Shown here piece by piece: positions 1-9,838 of a stretch of DNA of 64,000 nt. The notes beneath the pieces are model-generated. The model saw only the letters and a program-made list of their open reading frames with translations, was not told the origin of the DNA and searched no databases. The translations under genes and the position numbers were made by a program. Origin of the DNA: Mycobacteriales bacterium (lineage in GTDB: Bacteria > Actinomycetota > Actinomycetes > Mycobacteriales > SCTD01). The stretch is taken from contig JBKJSN010000088.1 in the NCBI GenBank assembly GCA_046595815.1, forward strand, positions 10,264-74,263, written 5' to 3'. How positions within the stretch are numbered: position 1 is the first letter of the stretch; each line of letters opens with the position of its first letter.

Positions 1-246
1 CTGGAGGACCTGCAGCCGCACCAACGGCACACGATCGGGGCCCAACCAGGACTCGGGCAGCAGCCCCGGCTCGGCCGGCTCGCCGACCACGAGGGAACGC
101 GCGAGCCTGGCCAGGTCTGAGGTGCCGGAGCCTCGCCGCAGCAGCGGAGCGCCCTCGCCCCGATCGAGGTGGGAGCGGTAGCCCTGGCCGAGGAGATCCT
201 CGAGGGCCGCGCTTGACCACCCCGACGAGACGAGGGCGTCACGCAC
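1..246 (-). CDS. partial CDS (N-terminal part; gene continues beyond left edge); conserved hypothetical, possibly N-terminal domain of a SAM-dependent methyltransferase
   Basis: Not in ORF track (edge-truncated). The reverse frame ending at nt 1 is open from the TAG at 289-291 and reads ...VRDALVSSGWSSAALEDLLGQGYRSHLDRGEGAPLLRRGSGTSDLARLARSLVVGEPAEPGLLPESW... Candidate starts are GTG 246 or TTG 288. The function guess rests only on remembered similar N-termini. Confidence 0.3.
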   Translation of the reverse strand, partial: MRDALVSSGWSSAALEDLLGQGYRSHLDRGEGAPLLRRGSGTSDLARLARSLVVGEPAEPGLLPESWLGPDRVPLVRLQVLQ

Positions 247-288
247 CCGGGAGGCGCCCGCAAGGAGCGCCTCCGGGTCAGGGAGCAA

Positions 289-1596
289 CTAGCGGCGGCT
301 CAGCTGCAGCCGGCGGGTGCCGACGGCGGCCATGAGCAGCAGCAGGGCGGTACCAGCGAGCGGGGCGCTCAGACCGGTGGGAGCGAAGACCGGCTCCGTG
401 GGCGGCTGCACGACCGGGCTGTCCGGCGGCTGCACGACCGGGCCACCCGGGCGCGGGATGGTGACCGGCGCCAGCGGGCCGCTGACGAAGTCGCCGTTCA
501 GCGCGCAGAAGATCTCGAGCGTGTTGTAGTACGTGCCGGGCGCGGCGTCGTCCTTGACCGTGACCGTGAACAGCTGAGTCACGGACTTGCCGGCTGCGAT
601 CTTCACGCCGGTCGGGCGGAGCACGGCGTCCACGCCACCGTCAGTGCGAGCAGGAGCTGGCGTGTCGAGCTTGGTGCCCAGCGGGCCGCTGGTCGACACG
701 AGCGAGAAGGCCGGCGCGAGGTGGTCGACGAAGCGCAGGACCTCGCACGTGGAGGTGCCCTGGTTCGTGACGGTGGCGGTGTAGGTGACGGTGTCACCGT
801 GGTTGGCCACGCTCGGGGAAGCGTGCTTGGTGAAGGTCATGTCGGGCTTCGGCAGGCCGCCGTTGTCCGTGCCGGGGCCGCCGGGGCACACCACGCCGCT
901 CACCGAGTGGGCGATGATGATGTCGCCGCGGATGACGTTGCCACCGATCGGGATGGTGGCGCCGTTGCTGCTGGCGATGATGTGAATGCCGTTGACGACC
1001 AGACCGCGGCCCTCAGAGGCCGGGTGCTGCTCGTTGAGGATGACGCGGATCCCGAAGTTGTCGAACAACTGCGGAGCCAGCACGTAGTTCGGTGCGATGG
1101 GCTCGCTCGGGATCGGGACGGCGTTGCCACCGACGCTGAGGTTCACGATCTGCGTGGAGCCCTTGGGCGCCTTGTCACAGCTGGTGGTGGACGTCGTCGT
1201 CACCGCGTCGGCGTGGATCTTGATCGGCGCGGCCGCGCCGAGCGCGTCCACGTTGACGACCCGTGACGTGGCCTTGGCGCTCTTGGCGCCGCAGTCCGTG
1301 GTGGCGGTGTCGGTGAGGATCTCGGCCCGAGCCGCTGCGGGGTCACCGACGCCGAGCTCCTGCGCGGTCTTGGTCCCACCCGTCACGGGGCACGAGGAGG
1401 AGGCCTGGGCGCGGGGTCCGATCTTCACGGCCTGAGCACCAGTGAGGATCGTGGTGTCCACGAGAAGCCCGTAGGACTCTGCGTAGGCCCCCGCCGGCGG
1501 CGTGGCGGCCAGCGCAGGCGAAGCCGTGCCGAGGAAGAGTGGGAGCGCCAGGACGGCCACCCCCAGGGCGCGGATCTTGCTGCTGCTGTGACTCAC
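289..1596 (-). CDS. secreted, probably sortase-anchored surface protein with DUF11-type repeat domain
   Basis: N-terminal signal peptide (LGVAVLALPLFLGTASPALAA). DUF11-like segment (DTVTYTATVTNQGTSTCEV). C-terminus is FAPTG plus a hydrophobic stretch plus RRLQLSRR, resembling a class E sortase LAxTG sorting signal. Confidence 0.75.
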   Translation of the reverse strand: MSHSSSKIRALGVAVLALPLFLGTASPALAATPPAGAYAESYGLLVDTTILTGAQAVKIGPRAQASSSCPVTGGTKTAQELGVGDPAAARAEILTDTATTDCGAKSAKATSRVVNVDALGAAAPIKIHADAVTTTSTTSCDKAPKGSTQIVNLSVGGNAVPIPSEPIAPNYVLAPQLFDNFGIRVILNEQHPASEGRGLVVNGIHIIASSNGATIPIGGNVIRGDIIIAHSVSGVVCPGGPGTDNGGLPKPDMTFTKHASPSVANHGDTVTYTATVTNQGTSTCEVLRFVDHLAPAFSLVSTSGPLGTKLDTPAPARTDGGVDAVLRPTGVKIAAGKSVTQLFTVTVKDDAAPGTYYNTLEIFCALNGDFVSGPLAPVTIPRPGGPVVQPPDSPVVQPPTEPVFAPTGLSAPLAGTALLLLMAAVGTRRLQLSRR

Positions 1597-1765
1597 GACG
1601 AACCCCTAAGACTTCTCATGTCGGACATTTCCGACCTTCTCATCGGCGCTTACGGTAGTAGTACTTGACCAACGGAGTCGCGATCCCTGCCTCGCGGTAT
1701 CGAGACATCAGCCACAACTCCCCCTCATCATGACCAAACGGACAGATTTTATGCGCACCGGGCCT

Positions 1766-1807
1766 AAAAAACAGAGGGCCCATCTCACGTGTGAGATGGG
1801 CCCTCTG
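1766..1807 (-). terminator. rho-independent terminator downstream of hppA
   Basis: Near-perfect hairpin CAGAGGGCCCATCTCAC-GT-GTGAGATGGGCCCTCTG (1772-1807), followed on the minus strand by a T6 run (A6 at 1766-1771 on plus). It lies 18 nt after the hppA stop. Confidence 0.85.
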
Positions 1808-1824
1808 AGGGAACGCGCGAGCCG

Positions 1825-4098
1825 TTAGGCCTCTGCAGCCCCTGCCACCGTCCGCTTGTTGCTGATCGTCACCGCGATCACGATGCCCGCGACGGCCACT
1901 GCGGCGATTAAGAAGCGCACCGCGTCGTTCTTGTCCGTCCCGACGCTGTACTTCACCACCGTGGGCACCACGAGCAGGGCCACGAGGTTCATGACCTTCA
2001 TAAGGGGGTTGAGCGCGGGACCCGCGGTGTCCTTGAACGGGTCACCGATCGTGTCGCCGATGACCGTCGCGGCGTGGGCGTCAGAGCCCTTGCCCCCGTG
2101 GTGGCCGTCCTCGACGAGCTTCTTGGCGTTGTCCCAGGCTCCACCGGAGTTGGCCAGGAAGACCGCCATGAGCACGCCGGAGGAGATGGCGCCGGCGAGG
2201 AAGGCACCGAGAGGCGCATACCCGAGGCCGAAGCCCACCGCGATCGGCGCCAAGACCGCCAACAGACCGGGGGTGGCCAGCTCACGGAGGGAGTCCTTGG
2301 TGCAGATGTCGACGACGCGCGCATAGTCGGGCTTCTCGGTGTAGTCCATGATCCCGGGGTGCTCCTTGAACTGCTGGCGCACCTCGTAGACCACGCGGCC
2401 CGCAGCGCGCGAGACAGCGCTGATCGCCAGACCGGAGAACAGGAACACCACGGAGGCCCCGATGATGAGGCCGAACAGCAGGTTGGGCCGCTCGATCGAC
2501 AGCGAGAAGCTGTCCTTGTCCAGACCCGCGGCCACGAGCGCCCGCTCCACCGCCGTACGGAAAGAGCCGAACAGCGCGGTAGCAGCGAGCACGGCGGTCG
2601 CGATCGCGATGCCCTTGGTGATGGCTTTCGTCGTGTTGCCGACCGCGTCAAGGCTGGTGAGGACGGCAGCGCCCTCCTCGCCGACCTCCCCGGACATCTC
2701 CGCCACGCCCTGGGCGTTGTCGGAGATGGGGCCGAAGGTGTCCATCGCCACGATGACGCCGACGGTGGTCAGCAGGCCAGTGCCCGCGAGCGCGACGGCG
2801 AACAGCGACAGCACGACCGAGCCGCCGCCGAGCAGGAAGGCGGCGTAGACCGCCCCGCCGATGAGGATCGCCGAGTAGACCGCCGACTCCAGGCCGACGG
2901 AGATGCCCGCCAGCACAACTGTCGCAGCGCCCGTGAGCGAGCTCTTGCCGATCTCGCGCACAGGCTTGCGGGAGGTCTCGGTGAAGTAACCCGTCAGGAC
3001 CTGGATGAGGCTGGCGAGCACAATGCCGATGACCACGGCGACCAGCGCGACCAGGCGCGGGTCGCGGTCGCTGGTCGTGGCGTCGGTGAGCTCGGCGAAG
3101 GTCGCGGGCAGGTAGGTGTAGGAGGCGATCGCCACGAGTACGGCGGAAACTCCCGCGGAGATGAAGAAACCGCGGTTGATCGCGGTCATGCCCGACCGGT
3201 CGGAGTCGCGCGGCGCGGTTGCGTAGATGCCCACGAGCGCCGTCAGGACGCCGATCGCAGGGACGATGAGCGGGAAGATCAGCCCCTGAGCACCGAATGC
3301 TGCCTGGCCCAAGATGAGCGCCGCGACGAGCATCACGGCGTAGGACTCGAACAGGTCGGCAGCCATGCCTGCACAGTCGCCGACGTTGTCACCGACGTTG
3401 TCGGCGATGGTCGCCGCGTTGCGCGGGTCGTCCTCAGGGATGCCCTGCTCGACCTTGCCGACGAGGTCGGCGCCGACGTCGGCGGCCTTGGTGAAGATGC
3501 CACCGCCGACACGCATGAACATCGCCAGCAGCGCGCCACCGAAGCCGAAGCCCTCGAGCACCTCAGGAGCGTTCTCGTCGAACATCAGCAGCACCGTGGT
3601 GGCTCCGAACAGGCCGAGGCCGACCGTGAACATGCCGACGACGCCACCGGAGCGGAACGCGATCCGCATCGCGGGCTTGCTGCCTGAGGTGTTCGCGGCG
3701 TGCGCGACGCGGACGTTCGCCCGGGTCGCAAGGGTCATCCCGATGAAGCCCACGAGGGCGGAGAACGACGCGCCGACGAGGAAGAACACCGAGCGGCCGA
3801 TCCGCACGTCGCTGCTCCCGGGGAGCAGGAACAGCAGCAGGAAGACCAGCACCGCGAACCCGGCAAGGGTCTTGAACTGGCGGTTCAGGTAGGCGGCAGC
3901 GCCCTCCTGGACGGCGAGGCTGATGTCGCGCATCTTCTGAGGGCCCTGTTCGGCGCTGAGCACCTCACGGGCGAACAGGCCCGCGAATGCCAGGGCCACG
4001 ACGGCGATACCAAGGATGGCGTACAGGATCGGCTTGTCGCCTGAAAGGACCGAGGCGAGCTTCTCGGTCGTTTCGGCAGCCAAGGGCAACGCAGACAA
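1825..4098 (-). CDS. hppA: membrane-bound proton/sodium-translocating pyrophosphatase
   Basis: 757-aa polytopic protein with hallmark H+-PPase motifs (GGGIFTKAADVGADLVGKVE, DNVGDNVGDCAGMAADLFESY, GDTIGDPFKDTAGPALN). TTG start preceded by GGAGGA. Confidence 0.95.
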   Translation of the reverse strand: MSALPLAAETTEKLASVLSGDKPILYAILGIAVVALAFAGLFAREVLSAEQGPQKMRDISLAVQEGAAAYLNRQFKTLAGFAVLVFLLLFLLPGSSDVRIGRSVFFLVGASFSALVGFIGMTLATRANVRVAHAANTSGSKPAMRIAFRSGGVVGMFTVGLGLFGATTVLLMFDENAPEVLEGFGFGGALLAMFMRVGGGIFTKAADVGADLVGKVEQGIPEDDPRNAATIADNVGDNVGDCAGMAADLFESYAVMLVAALILGQAAFGAQGLIFPLIVPAIGVLTALVGIYATAPRDSDRSGMTAINRGFFISAGVSAVLVAIASYTYLPATFAELTDATTSDRDPRLVALVAVVIGIVLASLIQVLTGYFTETSRKPVREIGKSSLTGAATVVLAGISVGLESAVYSAILIGGAVYAAFLLGGGSVVLSLFAVALAGTGLLTTVGVIVAMDTFGPISDNAQGVAEMSGEVGEEGAAVLTSLDAVGNTTKAITKGIAIATAVLAATALFGSFRTAVERALVAAGLDKDSFSLSIERPNLLFGLIIGASVVFLFSGLAISAVSRAAGRVVYEVRQQFKEHPGIMDYTEKPDYARVVDICTKDSLRELATPGLLAVLAPIAVGFGLGYAPLGAFLAGAISSGVLMAVFLANSGGAWDNAKKLVEDGHHGGKGSDAHAATVIGDTIGDPFKDTAGPALNPLMKVMNLVALLVVPTVVKYSVGTDKNDAVRFLIAAVAVAGIVIAVTISNKRTVAGAAEA

Positions 4099-4207
4099 CG
4101 AGAGTCCTCCAGATCAGGGGCCGGGTGCACCGCGAGGCGGGCGGGCGAAGGCTACCCGTATCGGGGTGATCCGGCTCACACCTGGGGCTACGTGATGCCC
4201 GTCACAC

Positions 4208-4627
4208 TCAGCGCACGCGGGTGAGCAGCGGCCAGGTCAGGCGGACCGCCGTACCCCTGCCGTGCGGGCTCACGGCGACGTCTTCCACCAGACCAGCGAG
4301 GAAGGCCAGCGCGACGTTCGGGTCACCCGGGCTGTCCCGCAGCAGTTCGTGAACGGGCGCGTCGAAGGAGCCGGGCGAAGGGCAGACGTCCCGGACCTCG
4401 ACCACCAACTGCCCGTCGTCATCACTGATCGCGATGACGACGGGCTCGTCCGGGGCGTGTTCAGCGTGCAACGCCACGGCCCGCGAGCACGCCTCGCCCA
4501 GGGCAAGGCGCACCTCGTCGACCAGGTCGTCAGGCAGAGTCGTACGACGGGCGGCCGCCACGCCGACGAGGCGGGCGGTCCGCACGTGCACGGGCAGTGG
4601 TGGGATGGAGAGCTCGACGGTCGCCAT
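4208..4627 (-). CDS. anti-sigma factor (RsbW/ApgA-like HATPase-fold protein)
   Basis: 139 aa. Start overlaps the STAS gene stop by 1 nt (TGATG). Position and size match the anti-sigma partner downstream of bldG in Streptomyces (recalled synteny). Confidence 0.65.
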   Translation of the reverse strand: MATVELSIPPLPVHVRTARLVGVAAARRTTLPDDLVDEVRLALGEACSRAVALHAEHAPDEPVVIAISDDDGQLVVEVRDVCPSPGSFDAPVHELLRDSPGDPNVALAFLAGLVEDVAVSPHGRGTAVRLTWPLLTRVR

Positions 4628-4968
4628 CAGTCCCGCGCAGCCACTGCCTCGCTGACGGTGTCATGGATGGGGAAGACCTTGGTCAACCCCGTGATCCTGA
4701 AGATCTTCAAGATCCTCTCCTGGGTACAGACCAGGCGGAGCGAGCCGTCGTGCGCGCGCACGCGCTTGAGGCCCCCCACCAGCACCCCCAGCCCGGTGGA
4801 GTCGAGAAACTCGACCCCCTCCATGTCCACCACCAAGTGGTAGCGCCCGTCGTTCACCAGGTCGACGAGCTGCTCACGCAGTTTCGGGGCGGTGTAGACG
4901 TCGATCTCCCCACCCACCGCGACGACGGTGCGGTCGCCCTCTTCACGGCTCTCGAGCGTCAGGTCCAC
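4627..4968 (-). CDS. bldG: STAS-domain anti-sigma factor antagonist (BldG-like)
   Basis: 113 aa with typical SpoIIAA/RsbV features ([32 protein letters not shown] with phosphorylatable Ser, [16 protein letters not shown]). Confidence 0.9.
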   Translation of the reverse strand: MDLTLESREEGDRTVVAVGGEIDVYTAPKLREQLVDLVNDGRYHLVVDMEGVEFLDSTGLGVLVGGLKRVRAHDGSLRLVCTQERILKIFRITGLTKVFPIHDTVSEAVAARD

Positions 4969-5041
4969 GGAAATGTTCCTCTCCTGTCAGGTCGTGCTTA
5001 CCGTCTTACCCCCGATTGACCCCTTGTCACACTTCCCCATC

Positions 5042-7345
5042 ATGCTCTTGCGATCAGAAGATCTGCTCACCCGGCTCGCCGCCGGCCCCGAGCGCGCTGC
5101 CCGGATCACCCACGTCGAGCACGTGCCCGCCAGGGATGGGCGCACTGTGCCCTGGCCCGACTGGGTGTCCGACGACCTTCGCGCCGCCCTTGCCCAGTCG
5201 GGGGTGAGTCGGCCGTGGCAGCACCAGGCGCAGGCGGCAGAGCTCGCCCGCGCGGGCAGACACGTCGTCCTGGCGACCGGCACGGCATCGGGCAAGTCCC
5301 TCGGCTACCTGCTGCCGGTGCTCACGGCGCTGCTCGAAGACGAGCGAGCCACGGCGCTGTACCTGTCCCCGACGAAGGCCCTGGCCACCGACCAGCTCAG
5401 GGCGGTCAACGCCCTCGCCCTTGCGGGCGTGCGCGCCGCCACCTACGACGGCGACACCCCCCACGAAGAGCGCGACTGGGTCCGCCGCTTCGCGGGTCTG
5501 GTCCTGACCAACCCCGATATGCTCCACCGCTCGGTCCTCCCGCGGCACGACGACTTCTCCCGGCTGCTCCGGGGACTCCAATTCGTCGTCGTCGATGAGT
5601 GCCACACCTACCGCGGGGTCTTCGGCTCCCACGTCGCGCAGGTACTGCGCCGGCTCCGCCGGGTGTGCGCCCGATACGGCGCCGACCCCGTGTTCCTGCT
5701 CGCCTCGGCCACGGTCCGTGACCCGGAGGTGTCTGCCTCACGACTGCTCGGGCTGCCCGTCGTACCCGTCACTGACGATGCCTCTGCCCGCGGCTCGACG
5801 GAGTTCGCGCTCTGGGAACCTCCCCTTCTGGAAGGCCGTGGGGGTGAGCACGGAGCGCCGGTACGTCGGACCGCCACCGCCGAAGCCGCCGAACTCCTCG
5901 CCGACCTCGTCGTGGAAGGCGCACGGTCGCTGGTGTTCGTCCGGTCCAGACGCGGGGCCGAGGCGGTGGCGCTGGGGGCCAAGCGGGCGCTGGACGAGTC
6001 GGTCCCGGAGCTGGCCGGCCGGGTCGCGGCGTACCGGGGGGGCTACCTGCCACAGGAGCGGCGCGAGCTCGAGCGACGGCTCCAGTCGGGGGAGCTGCTC
6101 GGCGTCGCCGCGACCAACGCGCTGGAGCTCGGGGTGGACGTGGCCGGACTCGACGCGGTGCTGCTGGCCGGTTGGCCCGGGACGGTGTCCTCGGTCTGGC
6201 AGCAGGCCGGGCGTGCAGGACGGGCCGGCCAGAGCGCCCTCGCCGTGCTGATCGCCCGCGACGACCCGCTGGACACCTACCTTGCACATCACCCGGAGGC
6301 GGTGTTCGGTCGACCCTTCGAGGCCACGGTGCTGGACCCCTCCAACCCGTACGTGCTCGGTCCGCACCTGTGCTGCGCTGCTGCCGAGCTGCCGCTGACC
6401 GAGCAGGACCTCCCGCTCTTCGGGGAGGGAGCAGCAGACGTGCTCACCGATCTGGTCGCGCGCGGGCTGCTCCGACGCCGGCCACGCGGCTGGTTCTGGA
6501 CCTCCCGGGATCGTCCCGACGCCGACCTGCGTGGCGCCGGTGGCCCGCCGATCCGGCTGGTCGAGTCCGGCACCGGCCGGCTCCTCGGCACCGTCGACCA
6601 CAGCTCGGCGCACAGCCAAGTGCACACCGGGGCCGTCTACCTCCACCAGGGCGAGAGCTACCTCGTGGACGCCCTGGACCTCGACGACGGGGTCGCTCTC
6701 GTCAGCCCCGACGACCCCGACTACAGCACCTCCGCCCGCGACGTCACCGAGCTGCGGGTGGTCGCCGAGCTGCAGTCCTCGTCGTACGACGGGCTCCGGC
6801 TGTGCTTCGGAACGGTCGACGTGACGCACCAGGTGGTGTCGTTCCTGCGCAAGCGCCTGGGGTCCGGCGAGGTCCTCGGCGAGGAGCCCCTGGACCTGCC
6901 GCCGCGCGAGCTGCGCACCCGCGCCGTCTGGTACACCGTGACGCCCGAGCTGCTCGCCCACGCCGGTCTCGCACCAGGGGACGTGCCCGGCGCTGCTCAC
7001 GCCGCCGAGCACGCCGCGATCGGCCTGCTGCCGCTGTTCGCGACCTGCGACCGATGGGACATCGGCGGGGTTTCCACCGCGTTGCACGCCGACACCGGCC
7101 TCGCCACCGTCTACGTGTACGACGGCCATCCCGGTGGCGCGGGCTTCGCCGAGCGCGCGTACGGCGAGGCTGCGCGCTGGCTCACCGCCACCCGAGACGC
7201 GATCGCGTCCTGTGAGTGTCTGGCCGGCTGCCCTTCGTGCGTGCAGTCCCCCAAGTGCGGCAACGGCAACGAGCCGTTGGACAAGGCCGGCGCTGTCCGC
7301 CTTCTCGACGTGGTGCTGGCCAGCGGGCTCGGTGGGGCTGGCTAG
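5042..7345 (+). CDS. DEAD/DEAH-box helicase with C-terminal MrfA-type zinc-binding domain (helicase/secretion-neighbourhood helicase)
   Basis: Walker A TGTASGKS, DECH box (VVDECH), helicase C motifs, C-terminal CECLAGCPSCVQSPKCGNGNEPLDK (DUF1998-like). Start moved to ATG 5042 (MLLRSEDLL) because track start 4928 overlaps bldG. Confidence 0.9.
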   Translation: MLLRSEDLLTRLAAGPERAARITHVEHVPARDGRTVPWPDWVSDDLRAALAQSGVSRPWQHQAQAAELARAGRHVVLATGTASGKSLGYLLPVLTALLEDERATALYLSPTKALATDQLRAVNALALAGVRAATYDGDTPHEERDWVRRFAGLVLTNPDMLHRSVLPRHDDFSRLLRGLQFVVVDECHTYRGVFGSHVAQVLRRLRRVCARYGADPVFLLASATVRDPEVSASRLLGLPVVPVTDDASARGSTEFALWEPPLLEGRGGEHGAPVRRTATAEAAELLADLVVEGARSLVFVRSRRGAEAVALGAKRALDESVPELAGRVAAYRGGYLPQERRELERRLQSGELLGVAATNALELGVDVAGLDAVLLAGWPGTVSSVWQQAGRAGRAGQSALAVLIARDDPLDTYLAHHPEAVFGRPFEATVLDPSNPYVLGPHLCCAAAELPLTEQDLPLFGEGAADVLTDLVARGLLRRRPRGWFWTSRDRPDADLRGAGGPPIRLVESGTGRLLGTVDHSSAHSQVHTGAVYLHQGESYLVDALDLDDGVALVSPDDPDYSTSARDVTELRVVAELQSSSYDGLRLCFGTVDVTHQVVSFLRKRLGSGEVLGEEPLDLPPRELRTRAVWYTVTPELLAHAGLAPGDVPGAAHAAEHAAIGLLPLFATCDRWDIGGVSTALHADTGLATVYVYDGHPGGAGFAERAYGEAARWLTATRDAIASCECLAGCPSCVQSPKCGNGNEPLDKAGAVRLLDVVLASGLGGAG

Positions 7346-8637
7346 TCCTCGGTGCTGTGGCTCAGGAAGATCCGCACGTGTGCGGCCGCCACGAGCAGGA
7401 TCAGCGCGACCGCCAGGCTCTTGGCGAGCTGGGCCGTGTCGATGCTGTTGGTGAGCGAGGCGACAGGCGAAGAGAGCACCTTGGTCGTGGTCTTCCCGGG
7501 CTGGTCGGCGTAGGGCAGCGTCGGCTGGTACACCTCCGACCCGGGGGCGGTCACGGGGAAGGTCGTGGCCGGCAGCGGGGGCAGCTTGGGGATGCCCAGG
7601 CTCGGGGAGAACCGGTTGAAGCTCAGCGCGAAGGCACGCCGTGACGCGGCGATCGGCGGCAGGGTCGGGATGGTGATGGGGCGCGTCACGGAACCGCTCG
7701 AGGTGCCCGTCGCGCCGGTGCTGGTGCCCGTAGCGCCGCCTGTGGTGCCGGTGGTGCCGCCGGCCGTCGTACCGCCGGTGCTCGAACCGGTCGTACCACC
7801 GCTGCCGGACCCGGTCGTGCCACCCGTCGTACCCCCGGTGGGCGTAGGCGTCGGGCTCGGCGGCGGCTGAGGAGTCACCAACTGCGCGCCGGCCGTGTTG
7901 GACCACTCGGAGGCCAGGTCGCTGCCGCCGGTCCCGCTCTTGCGGAGCGCCCGCACCGTGTAGCGGTAGTCGTAGGTCCCCGGCGTGGGGTTGTCGTAGT
8001 ACGCGGTGTATGAACGGTCCGACGGGCCGGCGTTGAACGTGCTGCCCTTGCCGTCGCTGATCTCGAACCCGGTGAGGTCGGTTTCTTGGCCGCTGTAACT
8101 CCACTGGACGTCCACACGGCTGGCTCCGGTGCTCTGGGCGCTGACCGAGCTGGGCGTCGTCGTCGGCCCGAAATTGGTGTAAAAGGCCACGGGCGAGGTG
8201 CAGTTGTTGGCAGCGTCGTCGCACGTCTTCGCGGTCCACTTGCCGTTCACGTAGGAGCGCAGCTTGTCCAGGGTGATGGTGAAGCTGGCGGTCTTCGAGC
8301 AGCTGCTGACCAGGTTCGAGGAGCAGCTCGTGATCGACGGCGTGGCGTTGTAGCCGCGCGCCGGGCTCCCGAAGTCGGCCGGTCCGTCGATGACGATCGA
8401 GCCGCCGCTGCTCGTGCCGTCGGTGTTGGTGATGGTGCCCTTGACCATGACGTCCTGGGTGGCCGTCCCGTTGTTGCTGACCCCCGAGAGCGAGACGGTG
8501 AGCGACTGCGCGGCGAGCGCGGGAGTCGCGGTGGCCCCGATAAGGGCACTCGACAGCGGGAAGGCGAGCGCGAGCACCGCGACGGCCGCACGGGGCCGAC
8601 GGTAGGCACGAGTAGTCACATCACGCTCCCTTCTCAC
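7342..8637 (-). CDS. secreted fibronectin-III-like, Gly/Thr-rich protein with C-terminal TM helix
   Basis: Signal peptide (AVAVLALAFPLSSALIGATATPALAA). Long GGTTG/PTPTP low-complexity linker. C-terminal helix LAVALILLVAAAHV. GTG start overlaps the sortase stop (GTGA). Confidence 0.7.
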   Translation of the reverse strand: MRRERDVTTRAYRRPRAAVAVLALAFPLSSALIGATATPALAAQSLTVSLSGVSNNGTATQDVMVKGTITNTDGTSSGGSIVIDGPADFGSPARGYNATPSITSCSSNLVSSCSKTASFTITLDKLRSYVNGKWTAKTCDDAANNCTSPVAFYTNFGPTTTPSSVSAQSTGASRVDVQWSYSGQETDLTGFEISDGKGSTFNAGPSDRSYTAYYDNPTPGTYDYRYTVRALRKSGTGGSDLASEWSNTAGAQLVTPQPPPSPTPTPTGGTTGGTTGSGSGGTTGSSTGGTTAGGTTGTTGGATGTSTGATGTSSGSVTRPITIPTLPPIAASRRAFALSFNRFSPSLGIPKLPPLPATTFPVTAPGSEVYQPTLPYADQPGKTTTKVLSSPVASLTNSIDTAQLAKSLAVALILLVAAAHVRIFLSHSTED

Positions 8638-9326
8638 TTGACGTCCTCGGTCAGTGCTGGGTTCAACTCAAGCCGCAAGATCAGTCGCTGCCGGGCGCTG
8701 CCCTTCGGGTGGCAGGTCGTGAGCGTGAGCAGGTGCTTGCCGGGTGTGTCGAGCAGCACCTCGGTGTTCTCCGGGCTGACCGGCCACGGGTTCGGGTGAC
8801 CATCGAACGCCGGCGTCACGATGTAGTGGAAGACCTTGAACGGGGTCTCCAGGATCACTTCGTCGCCTCGGGTCAGCTCGTCGAGGTGGTTGAAGGGGCG
8901 CCCGAAAGTGGTGCGGTGGCCCGCGATCGCGACGTTCCCGCTCTCGCCCGGAAGTGGCGTGCCCGCGTAGTGGCCGGCGCCGGCGCGGAGCGCGGCAGCA
9001 CTGGTGCCCTCGACCACGAGCACGTTCAACTTGATCTTCGGGATCCTGATCCGGGTCAGCACGCTGCCTTCGGCGAAGCGCCCGTCCAGATAGCTCTGCT
9101 CGAGCCGCGACCCACCGAACTGACCGTCCAGCTTGCCCTGCTGGTAGCGGCTGAAGGCGTCGGTGCCGACGGGGTAGGCGAACATCGCCAGCCCGGACAC
9201 CATCAGCATCACGAAGAGCACCGACAGCGACCGGCGGCCGCCGGGGCGGCGGAGCGCGTCACCACACAGGGCCGCGAAGCCGCGCGGCTGCGCAGGCACT
9301 GCGGGTGTGACGAACGACGGTTCCAT
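8634..9326 (-). CDS. class E sortase
   Basis: N-terminal TM anchor. Catalytic motifs NVAIAGHRTT and LTLTTCHP...R (TLxTC). Confidence 0.9.
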   Translation of the reverse strand: MEPSFVTPAVPAQPRGFAALCGDALRRPGGRRSLSVLFVMLMVSGLAMFAYPVGTDAFSRYQQGKLDGQFGGSRLEQSYLDGRFAEGSVLTRIRIPKIKLNVLVVEGTSAAALRAGAGHYAGTPLPGESGNVAIAGHRTTFGRPFNHLDELTRGDEVILETPFKVFHYIVTPAFDGHPNPWPVSPENTEVLLDTPGKHLLTLTTCHPKGSARQRLILRLELNPALTEDVK

Positions 9327-9469
9327 CTGTGGGTGCTCTTCCTTCGTACGGCGTGACGGTGCTGCCCTTGGACCAACGAAGGCGCGCCCTCGAGGTTACG
9401 CCGGACAGCCCAACGATCCCCGTCTGTACAGGTACGACGGACTTATCCGCCCTTCGGTTCCCGCTCGAC

Positions 9470-9838
9470 TCAGCGGCGTCCCGCTCGGGCGCGGCCCATC
9501 ACCATCCCCAGGGAAGACAAGCGTCCCGGTGGCGCCACGCCCACCGTGACCTCCGTGTCCAGGCCGTCCAACCTGCACGCGAGCAGCACCGCCCGCTGCT
9601 CCTGCACGAGCCGACGGGCGGCACCGCACGCCGCCCGCTCCCCCTCCAGGGCGTGCTTGGCGCCGGCCAGCGCAGCTACGTCGGCCACCGCCTCGGCGCG
9701 ATGCCGACTCCCGTCGACCGTCCGCGCCGCGCCGATCGCTCCGCCCAGGACGAGCAAGGCCATGGCCAGGCCAAGCACCAGGATGGTGGCGAAGCCGTCG
9801 TCCCCATCGCGGACTCGCCTGTGCCGGCGGGCCCTCAC
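9470..9838 (-). CDS. TadE-like pseudopilin (Rv3654c-family, helicase/secretion neighbourhood)
   Basis: 122 aa. N-terminal hydrophobic pilin-like segment (GFATILVLGLAMALLVLGG). 4-nt overlap with the upstream TadE-like gene. Position in the tad operon. Confidence 0.7.
   Translation of the reverse strand: MRARRHRRVRDGDDGFATILVLGLAMALLVLGGAIGAARTVDGSRHRAEAVADVAALAGAKHALEGERAACGAARRLVQEQRAVLLACRLDGLDTEVTVGVAPPGRLSSLGMVMGRARAGRR

Noticed and set aside
2074-3687. 537-aa plus-strand ORF inside hppA
   Set aside because: It is antisense to an unambiguous H+-PPase gene, with Arg/Asp/Gly-rich nonsense composition.
5738-8239. 833-aa minus-strand ORF spanning the helicase and FnIII-protein genes
   Set aside because: It is antisense to, or out of frame with, two genes that have clear motifs. 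It has extreme Arg/Pro/Gly/His composition and no recognisable domain. This is a typical shadow ORF of about 70% GC DNA.
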